A stretch of 64,000 nucleotides of DNA, taken from the NCBI GenBank assembly GCA_965217585.1, contig OZ244561.1, forward strand, positions 3,040,001-3,104,000, written 5' to 3'. The stretch comes from Candidatus Latescibacterota bacterium (GTDB lineage Bacteria > Latescibacterota > UBA2968 > UBA8231). Position 1 is the stretch's first letter. Each line of letters opens with the position of its first letter. Below the pieces are notes generated by a model. That model had not been told where the DNA came from. It saw only the letters and a program-made list of their open reading frames with translations, and made no database searches. Made by a program: the position numbers and the translations under genes. Below, piece by piece: positions 35,571 through 43,859 of the stretch.

Positions 35571-38500
35571 TCATGACGCTTCTCCGAATTGAAGCTGCCT
35601 CTGCCTCTGTGCCTGAACACCGCCGCGAGCGGCTACGTGGTTGCTTAGGGCTTCGAGGATGGAGCGTTCGTCGGAGCCGGCGGCGGCTAGTTCGATGAGG
35701 GCTTGGAGGATTTGGTTGAACAGGGCGTTGCGCTGGAGGCCGCGGGTATCTAGGTAGTCGTCCACTTTGACTTGGTCGCCGGCGCGCCAGAGGTGCATGA
35801 GTTTGTGGACTTGGTCGATGAGGGGTACGGGGCGTCCGCCTGGGGCTTCGAGGCCGAGGTTGCGGCCCTGCCGCCGGTTATAGGGTTTGAGTTTGACTTT
35901 GGCACCGCCGCTTGTCTCTTCTGCGTCCTCGGGTGGGTCGTCCTCTTCGGGTTCGTCGCTGGCTCCTCCTTTGCCCGCTTGGGCGAGGAGGTCGTGCTGG
36001 TTGACGAGGGCGGAGTCGGAGAGGTTGCACGATAGGGCGTAGAGGATGCAGCCGCCGACGGGTGCTTCTGCCATGCCGAAGTCGTGGCGATGGAGCAGGT
36101 AGTAGGTGGTTACGTCGTCGAGGCCGGTCGCGGCTTCTTGGTCGCCGTCTTGGGTCAGCACGCGGCCGACGACGAAATCGACGACCATGCGCCGCACTTC
36201 GCGCAGGAAGGCCGAGACGGTCATTAGTTGGTTCGGGTCGTTGGCCTTTTTGACTACGGGGTGCTTGCTGAAGGCTTCGAGGGCCGGGCCGGTTGCGGCC
36301 CACACGAAGTCGGGGCCGCGGATGCCGGCGTCCCAGAAGTCGCGGAGTTGCTGGGTGATGTTGTCGCGCATTTCGTTGAGGACGGTGGTGTCCCAGCCGG
36401 GGCGAGCGGGGGGGCGCTTTTTGCAGACGATCCAGACGGAGGAGGCGAGAGCGGCCGACCCTAGTGAGCGGGTTCTGTTGCTCATCTCGGTCTGGATGGG
36501 CCACGAGCCATCGACGACGAAGCCGGCCCGAATCAGGGCAGCGATCAACGTCTCCCAAGCATTGGGATGCTTGTTGGCAAACACAACCACGAGCCGCCCG
36601 TTTGGCCCCAACGCAGCGTGACAAGAGCGGAACGATCGGGCCATGCCGTCTTCATAGTTCTGCTTGGACCGCTCTCTGTCGCCACCAAATCTACTGGCGT
36701 CGTCTATGAGCTCGCCGTCGCTGGTGCCATGATCCCATTTGGGGCCAAGGGCATCGGAGAAGACCGATTCGACCTTGGCGGACAATCCATGTGTCGATCG
36801 CCTAAGCCAGACATAGAAGAAGTCCATAAGGACGGAATAACCGATTGCATCGTAGTAAGGTGGGTCGGTTAATATCAGATCGACACTATCGGTTGGGCAG
36901 GTGATGGCCGATGCACAAATGCTCTCTCCACTCCTGGCTGAATCGACGCTTTTTTGCAGATGCTCGCAGACCTTAGAAACCCAATCAAGTGCGCCGAGGA
37001 AGTTACCAGAGGAATCTGATAACGGATTGAGTTCGGTATAATCCCAGACGATAGGCAAAGCAAATCGCCCAAAAGTATTTCTAATTACCTCTCTTCCGTT
37101 GTGCCAAGAGCAGATCGCGCTAGAGTAGTCGGCTAGTCGATCATTCACGAGTGCAAGATTTGTAATCAGTGCCTCGCGCCAACTCTCCGGCCAACCGTCA
37201 AGTTCTTGCATCAGTTTCCGAAGGATCAGAACTAACGAGCCAAGCGCCAATAGCTGCCGATTCGTGAACAACTTCCGCCAAGAAGTTTTTCCATATTGGA
37301 CACACCACGTATTTCGTTTCGCGTCCTCAATGATTGGTTCCTCCGGCAACCCAAACGGGATATCCGCATAGAGCGCCTGAAGCTGTTCCTCGGTCACTTC
37401 CGCCACCGACCGCTCATGGTCCATCGGCAAGCGGTATTCCTTACCCTTGCCCTTCGGCCCATCCACCACCACAACCGTCATCACCGCGCCCAACCGCCCA
37501 GCGCGACCTTCAAAACGGATATCCTCCATGGTCGTGATCGCGCCGCAGCACGGGCAGGTTGCGCCGGTGCGCGACATAGTGCCCGCTCCAATGCGCTTGT
37601 CGTGCTCCCGCCGCTGCGCCGCGTTGCCGCCGTTGTGCGGCACATCGCTCTGCACGCCGAACACAACGCCGATCTGGTCGGCCTTCGGCTCCATCGTCAG
37701 CAGCACGCGCTTGCGATCCTTCTTGCACAGCCAGCGCGTCTTGAGCAGCGGCAGCGTGGCGCGGCACTGTTTGCAGGTCACGATCCGCGCCCAGAGATAG
37801 GCCACCGTCGGCTTGGCGATCCAGCGCGGGTTGCGCGGGTTTTTGAGATAGGCGGCGTCGAACTCGACGTTGAGCGGATTGACCTGCGGAACTCCCGCAT
37901 CATCAACCTCTAACAGCCTCATGGGACGCGGCTCGTACTCCTCGTCCGGCTTCAGCGGCTCGAACTCAGCATAAATCGGATAGTACGCAGCCAACTCCGT
38001 GCGCGCCTTGGCCAGCACCCACCGGCCCCAAGCGCGCACGTGCCAAGCGAGATCCGCCTCAAGTATGGGATCGTCCTGTTGCAAGAGATCGAGCTGGATT
38101 TCGCCGCCATCGCCGTGGCCAAGCCGCTCCAAGAAGGTCCGCAAGCTGGCCCCCTTAAACCCCTTCGCTTTCAGGAACGCCTCCATGAATTCGCCGTCCT
38201 CCAGCGCGAACTCGGGCAACGGGCGGGTCTGACCGACGAGCTTCTGCGGATATTCGAGGGTACACTTGAGGATGAACCAAGCCACCGGATTGATGTCCAT
38301 AGCGGTCACGTCGCAGCCGAGGCGCATGGCTTCGAGCGGAATGGCACCGCCACCGGCGAACGGGTCCAGCACCTTGGGTGCCCGCCCGCCGTACGCCTTG
38401 CGAATCTCTTCGCGGAACCACGCCAGATCGGGATCATTCTCGCGCCCCCAATGGAGAATGCCGCCGACCGTCTCCTCCTTCACCTTCTCGACCACACGCC

Positions 38501-38762
38501 CACCCACCCGCTTGCGCTCAATCGTCTCGACGACGCGACCAGCCATGCGCTCCAGAATCTCCTGCCGTTGCTTGGGATCGCCGGGATCGGCAAGCAACGT
38601 CGCAATCAGCGCCGCCCGCGCCGCAGCCAGCGGTCGCCGCGCCGGCCAGATGTGCAGCGTGGAGATGTGCCCGTGCCGCACATTCTTCTCGTGGACAGAG
38701 TCGAGGGAAACCTGCTTCAGGGGGAAGGCGACTTCGATGAGGCGTTTTTGGTCAGACATCAT
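35571..38762 (-). CDS. DUF1156 adenine-specific DNA methyltransferase
   Basis: LHIWPARRPLAA; motif I DPFAGGG; Zn ribbons CKQC and CPCC; motif IV TDPPYY. Confidence 0.92.
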   Translation of the reverse strand: MMSDQKRLIEVAFPLKQVSLDSVHEKNVRHGHISTLHIWPARRPLAAARAALIATLLADPGDPKQRQEILERMAGRVVETIERKRVGGRVVEKVKEETVGGILHWGRENDPDLAWFREEIRKAYGGRAPKVLDPFAGGGAIPLEAMRLGCDVTAMDINPVAWFILKCTLEYPQKLVGQTRPLPEFALEDGEFMEAFLKAKGFKGASLRTFLERLGHGDGGEIQLDLLQQDDPILEADLAWHVRAWGRWVLAKARTELAAYYPIYAEFEPLKPDEEYEPRPMRLLEVDDAGVPQVNPLNVEFDAAYLKNPRNPRWIAKPTVAYLWARIVTCKQCRATLPLLKTRWLCKKDRKRVLLTMEPKADQIGVVFGVQSDVPHNGGNAAQRREHDKRIGAGTMSRTGATCPCCGAITTMEDIRFEGRAGRLGAVMTVVVVDGPKGKGKEYRLPMDHERSVAEVTEEQLQALYADIPFGLPEEPIIEDAKRNTWCVQYGKTSWRKLFTNRQLLALGSLVLILRKLMQELDGWPESWREALITNLALVNDRLADYSSAICSWHNGREVIRNTFGRFALPIVWDYTELNPLSDSSGNFLGALDWVSKVCEHLQKSVDSARSGESICASAITCPTDSVDLILTDPPYYDAIGYSVLMDFFYVWLRRSTHGLSAKVESVFSDALGPKWDHGTSDGELIDDASRFGGDRERSKQNYEDGMARSFRSCHAALGPNGRLVVVFANKHPNAWETLIAALIRAGFVVDGSWPIQTEMSNRTRSLGSAALASSVWIVCKKRPPARPGWDTTVLNEMRDNITQQLRDFWDAGIRGPDFVWAATGPALEAFSKHPVVKKANDPNQLMTVSAFLREVRRMVVDFVVGRVLTQDGDQEAATGLDDVTTYYLLHRHDFGMAEAPVGGCILYALSCNLSDSALVNQHDLLAQAGKGGASDEPEEDDPPEDAEETSGGAKVKLKPYNRRQGRNLGLEAPGGRPVPLIDQVHKLMHLWRAGDQVKVDDYLDTRGLQRNALFNQILQALIELAAAGSDERSILEALSNHVAARGGVQAQRQRQLQFGEAS

Positions 38763-38808
38763 TTTGTGGATTCATCTATTTGCTCTGCGGCGGTTTGATT
38801 GGGGCAGA

Positions 38809-40527
38809 TTACTCTTGATCCTCGGTGATACCTTGGTTAAATGCTCGTTCAATGTGTTCGAGTTCGCTTACGATGTTTCTACAGACATCTTCAAAATGAG
38901 CGGCATAACTGCCGTGTTCCTGTACGGCGCGTTTAGCCAAGGCATCGGCCTCCGTGCCTCGTGCATGAGCACCTACTTTGGAGCGAATGCGTTGTATTGA
39001 ACGCAGACCATTGAGCTTTTGCGTACATCCGTTCTCAGTTTCACCAGACAGGACACGTTCTAAGAGCGACAGGCTCTTCTCGTCACGTTGCCAAGCTATC
39101 CCCAATTCGTCCAACTTCGTGCGGATGGCCTTAATTTCAAAGCCCTCGATGATAAACTGGGCCAAGTTCGTGAATGAGCGTGCCCATTCGTCTCGACTGC
39201 TCGTAAGTGGCGGAGTGACGCGCCCAACGGACGCCGGATCACGAAGCTTCCACCAAGGCACGTCCGATTTTTCCCACTGTGTAAGGATGTGCTTGATCCT
39301 AGCAAGTGGATCGGTATTCTCAACCCATTCGCCTTTGAAATCGCTCTTCAGATCGCGTTCGGATATTCCAGTTTTTGGTTTTTCATTGAAGCTCTTCCAA
39401 TACAGTTGTTCACTATACGGAAGGTTTCCGAGATAACAAATATATGCATAAACCTGTCCTGCTTCGTTCACACCGTAGTTGCGCAATGCCCATGCATCGC
39501 GGCAATCTATAGTTCTATTCTGTTCGTCAATTGAATATTTGTCGTGATCGCTCTTATATTTTGACAGAACTTCTGCATTAAAAAACGCAGGATAAGTTTC
39601 AAATGGAATAGATTTTTTATGCTCTTGGAAATAGTTCGCGGTTTTATTTGGAGCCGTTGATATGTTTGTAATGCAATCATTACGAAAATCATACGCTATA
39701 AATTCGACGTATTGTCTTTCTTGTTCTCCTTTGATCGATGCAAATATCTCGCTATTTGACCTTCTCGGTCGGATAATCTGCACTCCACGGGTATGAGCTG
39801 ATTTTCCAAGATCGAGTTTCTGCCGGAAGAAAATGTGGGTTTTCTTGATAACGTTTTCAGGAGCATAGTGCCAATTCATGTCCGCCAGTCTACCCAACGT
39901 AAAGTCGAACATTTGAACGAGAACGGATTGGGATGCAGCTAGGTACTCCTCAAGAGGTTCTCGTTTGAACGATACGAGCGATACGCCTTGAGACGTATTT
40001 TCGGCGGTAATGGATACAACGTGTTCCAATTCTCCGAGACCATCGAATCGGCAATATGCGTTCTGTTCAGGATTCCAATGAATACCTGTGATGTGCGTAT
40101 ATTCTTGGAGAACCTCGTAATACATAGATTCGTTGTTCTGGAGTTCCGCAAATTCCCGCGCAAAAATTAGCTGACGTGCTGATTCAAGCGTTTTCGTTCT
40201 GTGTATGAGGCCACTTCGTTCAATCCATACATCGTCTCTCTCACTTCCCCAAACAAAGCCTGCACAAAGGGAGCACGGATTACCATTCCAATCTAGCAAG
40301 TCGTCTTGGTCTAGGGGACAAAGATTGTCCTCATTGACGACGACTCCATGGATAAAGATATATTTACCACCTGCATAGATAATCAATTCATCTTCTTCGG
40401 CGTTGTTCTGCAGCAAAGAGAGGTGTGTACCAGCCTTAATCCAATCCGCGTACTCTTCGGGATCATCCGGTAACTTGTTGATCTGTTCTATCCGTTCAAC
40501 TAGCTTTTTATGTTCATAGCTCGGCAT
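38809..40527 (-). CDS. hypothetical defence-associated protein with possible C-terminal HEPN-like domain
   Basis: 572 aa, AT-rich, helical C-terminus with IRSKVGAH (Rx5H). Confidence 0.55.
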   Translation of the reverse strand: MPSYEHKKLVERIEQINKLPDDPEEYADWIKAGTHLSLLQNNAEEDELIIYAGGKYIFIHGVVVNEDNLCPLDQDDLLDWNGNPCSLCAGFVWGSERDDVWIERSGLIHRTKTLESARQLIFAREFAELQNNESMYYEVLQEYTHITGIHWNPEQNAYCRFDGLGELEHVVSITAENTSQGVSLVSFKREPLEEYLAASQSVLVQMFDFTLGRLADMNWHYAPENVIKKTHIFFRQKLDLGKSAHTRGVQIIRPRRSNSEIFASIKGEQERQYVEFIAYDFRNDCITNISTAPNKTANYFQEHKKSIPFETYPAFFNAEVLSKYKSDHDKYSIDEQNRTIDCRDAWALRNYGVNEAGQVYAYICYLGNLPYSEQLYWKSFNEKPKTGISERDLKSDFKGEWVENTDPLARIKHILTQWEKSDVPWWKLRDPASVGRVTPPLTSSRDEWARSFTNLAQFIIEGFEIKAIRTKLDELGIAWQRDEKSLSLLERVLSGETENGCTQKLNGLRSIQRIRSKVGAHARGTEADALAKRAVQEHGSYAAHFEDVCRNIVSELEHIERAFNQGITEDQE

Positions 40528-40614
40528 CTATGGTACCTCCTCGGTGCTGAAACTGGTGTCGATTATAGCCTTGATTCGCTGCACCTTCCCAGCATTATAT
40601 TCCACTACCGGCAT
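40528..40614 (-). pseudogene. retropepsin N-terminal remnant
   Basis: MPVVEYNAGKVQRIKAIIDTSFS; DTS stands at the DTG position. Confidence 0.55.
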
Positions 40615-40870
40615 GTGAGACCCCAAACCGATGTAGCGCACGATGCCCAATACGCACTAACCACGGCTGTGCATCTGGACAACGCGCAAAAAGTTGGTCA
40701 GAGGCGGCAAGTGGATCGTCCGCTACCTCAAACTCGCCCGTCTCAATATCAATCGCCACGATCCTGCCGATATTGCCCTCTTCCACCTGCGGCCTCACCC
40801 GTTGCTCATAGATCGCCTGACCACGCCGGGCGAACTCCTCTTTGCTATAACGCGGCTGTCGTACTCCCAT
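40595..40870 (-). CDS. small retropepsin-associated protein (DUF5678-like)
   Basis: RGQAIYEQRVRP..GRIVAIDIETGEFEV; paralog of 41477-41755. Confidence 0.75.
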   Translation of the reverse strand: MGVRQPRYSKEEFARRGQAIYEQRVRPQVEEGNIGRIVAIDIETGEFEVADDPLAASDQLFARCPDAQPWLVRIGHRALHRFGVSHAGSGI

Positions 40871-40877
40871 GCTGCTC

Positions 40878-41065
40878 CTACGTTCTCGATCTCGTCCGCA
40901 GGCTCTTGAGGCGTACCGCTGGCAGCCTTTTTAGCGTCTCGTTGCGCGGGTCCACTTCGATGCCCATCGACTCGAGGGCGGTCAATCCGAGCAGCGGCTC
41001 GGTGTCTGCGTCCCCGAAAAGAACCGTGCCTCCCACGATTTCCCCCTGAGTTCGATTCGCGCAAC
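40878..41065 (-). pseudogene. clan AA aspartic protease C-terminal fragment
   Basis: GEIVGGTVLFGDADTEPLLGLTALESMGIEVDP; DNA similar to 41795-41957; no DTG. Confidence 0.75.
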
Positions 41066-41103
41066 CGAACGTCGCCCGTGGCGCATGGGCCTTCGACTTC
41101 CCG

Positions 41104-41484
41104 TCACTGGGCTGGTGGAAGCGCTTCAATGATAACCTCTCCGTCGTCCAACGCATCCACAGTAACTCGACTACCCCAGAGCAGAGTCATGCCCAGCAAC
41201 GGAACACTGTCCGACTGCAGCACCAGCACATCACGGAGGCGTCCATGCCAGGACACCATGGCGAGGTAGGCCGCAAACTCAAAGAGTTCCCCATTAGCTA
41301 GCTCAAAGGTCCGTTGACCAATGGAGGTCAGTCCCAATTGACGGATGGATTCCGGAGGCAGTGTCAAATACCCAGTAAACCCGGTGTCTAGGATAACCTC
41401 CAATGACCTCGGGCGGCCTTCACCGTCTATAATGTCTATAGGAAGCAACGCCTGTTGATTCTCGCTAATCTTTCCCTTAATCAT
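41104..41484 (-). CDS. clan AA aspartic protease (retropepsin-like)
   Basis: ILDTGFTG, LANG flap, PLLGMTLL; start overlaps the upstream small gene. Confidence 0.88.
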   Translation of the reverse strand: MIKGKISENQQALLPIDIIDGEGRPRSLEVILDTGFTGYLTLPPESIRQLGLTSIGQRTFELANGELFEFAAYLAMVSWHGRLRDVLVLQSDSVPLLGMTLLWGSRVTVDALDDGEVIIEALPPAQ

Positions 41485-41755
41485 CGTGCTTGGGATTCCG
41501 GAAGCCACCGACGTGGCTGTATGCTGCGCGATGGCCGACGCGCACTCCGTATGTAACGGCCGACGGCCTCCGCTCCAAAAGCCGCCGCGTAGCCACCGCG
41601 TCCCCTGCGTCGATCTCATAGTCTCCGGTCTCAACGTCAATGACTACGAATTTCCCTTTCTCCGTTGGCTCAACTTTAGACTGGATCTGTTCACGATAAA
41701 TGGCTTCCCCCTGGGCTGCTATCTCCCCGGGGCCGTAAGTGCGATCTGTGCCCAT
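41477..41755 (-). CDS. small retropepsin-associated protein (DUF5678-like)
   Basis: GEAIYREQI..GKFVVIDVETGDYEI; AGGAG RBS. Confidence 0.78.
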   Translation of the reverse strand: MGTDRTYGPGEIAAQGEAIYREQIQSKVEPTEKGKFVVIDVETGDYEIDAGDAVATRRLLERRPSAVTYGVRVGHRAAYSHVGGFRNPKHDD

Positions 41756-41786
41756 GCTGTTCTCCTTTCTCCAATCTCGCTCTCCT

Positions 41787-42035
41787 CTACAAGCTCTTGA
41801 GCCGCACGGCCGGCAGCTTCTCCAGTCGCTGGTTGAGCGGATCGACTTCGATACCGAGGGACTCCCGAGCCGTTACCCCGAGCAACGGCTCGGTGTCTGC
41901 GTCTCCAAAAAGAACCGTGCCTCCCACGATTTCCCCCCTGAGTTCGATTCGCGCAACCGCAATGTCCATCTGGACTTCACTGCCATCGGCCAATAGGTAC
42001 GTCCGCGGTGCTTCGGGTTTGAGGCCGATGGCCAC
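41787..42035 (-). pseudogene. clan AA aspartic protease lacking its N-terminal DTG region
   Basis: LADGS flap and PLLGVT..LGIEVDP present; fused upstream to a zeta-toxin-like shard. Confidence 0.72.
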
Positions 42036-42121
42036 CCAGCGTGGAATCGGCGACGAATAACCGGCTCCGGCACATCGTGCCCACCCTCCACTACCCTCTG
42101 CCTGACGCGGGCGATAGCCAT
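42032..42121 (-). pseudogene. zeta-toxin-like P-loop kinase internal shard
   Basis: AIARVRQRVVEGGHDVPEPVIRRRF. Confidence 0.7.
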
Positions 42122-42143
42122 CCTTTTAGAAGCCGTCATCCGC

Positions 42144-43730
42144 TCACATTCCCCACACCTCGACCGGCGCGCCGCCTTCAGTTTCCTCGCGGCGATAGAC
42201 CTTGTCGTCCCACGACTTGCCCTCGCTGCGGTCAAAGAGCACGAGGTGTCCTTCCGCCGTAGCGCAGCGATCCATGTAGGCGCGCGTCTGCTCCAGCCCT
42301 TCGCGCAGCGTCTGCTCCAGCCCTCGACGCAGCACCTTGCACTCAATGACGACCTTCTGCGTCTTGCCGCGATCCCCGCCCACTGGCCATATCAGCAGCA
42401 AGTCGGTGCGCATCCGACCCAAGCCATACTCTCGCTCGATCCGGCCGCCGCTGTTCACGATGCGCTGTAAAAACGCTTGGAGTAGCAACTGCGGCCCCGC
42501 CTCCTTGTACTGGAACCGCTCCATCCAGTGCTCGGAATGCTCGCGGAAAAACTCTTGGAACGCGGCTAGGAGCTTGCCCACCTGCAGGGTGCCGTCTGCA
42601 TCGACGTACCAAGCCGGGTCGTGGTAAAAGCCTGCTTGGGTGGTGTAGGTGAGGTCGCGCGGGATCACCTCGCGGTAGATCGGGTTGGCGATGGCAATGG
42701 GATCGTCGGTACGCACGAGTCCGAGATCGCGCACGTACTGCAGATCGGCGGCAGCAAACGAGCCGGCATCATCGGCTCCTTTCAGCAGCGGCTCGACCAC
42801 CCGCCGCACCCGCTCTTCTTGCAGCTTGTCGGTGAGCTGATCCAGATGCGTCTCGCGGCGCAGGATCAACTGCTCGCGGGCGTCCTGGATGGCGTCGGTG
42901 GTGATGGACCGGCTGCGGTCACGCCCGGCCTTGTTGCCCCAGCAGGCTTCGTAGGCGAGGGCGTTCACGAGCCACGGTTGGCCTTGGGTTAGCTCCCAGA
43001 TGTCGCGTCGTGCCTCCTCGGTGAACGCTTGGCCGGTCTCCTCGGTGTGCTGCGCCAGCAGGGACTCAACCTCGGCGCGCGAGAAGTCCCCGAGGCGCAG
43101 GGATTCGGCGCGGATGTTGAACGCGCTGCCCCCGGCGATGATGGCGTTTTCTGCGGACGAGCGGATGCGGTAGTCGCGCACGTCGCGCACCCCGCACAGA
43201 ATCACGCTCTGGGGAAAGCGGCGCGGGCGCTCTGGGTAGCCAGCGCGCAATTGCCGCAGCACGGCTAGCAGGGTGTCGCCGATCAGGGCGTCAATCTCGT
43301 CGATCATCAGTACCAGCGGCTTTGGATCCGCGGCCGCCCAGCAGGCAAGGGTCTCCCCCAGCGCGTCGTTGGGGCCAGCGTCGTCGAGAATGCCGCGCCA
43401 AATGTCGGTGACAAACAAGTCATCGAGCGTGTGGCGCGCCGCACGAGCCAATGCGCTGAGTATCGCCCGCATAGCCGCGGCCACATCCTCCCGCGCCGTC
43501 TGGCCGACCTCGACGTTGACGTACACACAGCGAAACTCGCCGCTGGCGTTCAGTTCATCGCGCAGCGCTAGGAGCGCGGAGGTCTTGCCGGTCTGGCGCG
43601 GCGCGTGCAGGACGAAGTACTTTTCCTGCCGGATGAGCTGTAGGAAGTCGTCGCAGTCGAGCCGCGCTAGAGGCGATATGTGGTAGTGCATTTCCGCCTT
43701 GATGGGACCGGCGGTGTTGAAGAAACGCAT
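42144..43730 (-). CDS. AAA-like ATPase with C-terminal PD-(D/E)XK nuclease domain
   Basis: MRFFNTAGP, APRQTGKTS, LMIDEID, EY..GRMRTDL..VIECK. Confidence 0.85.
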   Translation of the reverse strand: MRFFNTAGPIKAEMHYHISPLARLDCDDFLQLIRQEKYFVLHAPRQTGKTSALLALRDELNASGEFRCVYVNVEVGQTAREDVAAAMRAILSALARAARHTLDDLFVTDIWRGILDDAGPNDALGETLACWAAADPKPLVLMIDEIDALIGDTLLAVLRQLRAGYPERPRRFPQSVILCGVRDVRDYRIRSSAENAIIAGGSAFNIRAESLRLGDFSRAEVESLLAQHTEETGQAFTEEARRDIWELTQGQPWLVNALAYEACWGNKAGRDRSRSITTDAIQDAREQLILRRETHLDQLTDKLQEERVRRVVEPLLKGADDAGSFAAADLQYVRDLGLVRTDDPIAIANPIYREVIPRDLTYTTQAGFYHDPAWYVDADGTLQVGKLLAAFQEFFREHSEHWMERFQYKEAGPQLLLQAFLQRIVNSGGRIEREYGLGRMRTDLLLIWPVGGDRGKTQKVVIECKVLRRGLEQTLREGLEQTRAYMDRCATAEGHLVLFDRSEGKSWDDKVYRREETEGGAPVEVWGM

Positions 43731-43859
43731 GGTTGTCGTCATCATGGGTTGCGACTCCTCGCTGGTGAGGGTCCTGCCGGCTGTCGGCCAACCTGTGCCG
43801 CCAAGACCGCTTACCTCAAAATTTCCCCTATGGGTTTGATTCATGCAATCGCGTCTGCG

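Noticed and set aside
40884-41957. Duplicated protease segments as a DGR TR/VR pair
   Set aside because: Differences are not adenine-specific and no reverse transcriptase is present
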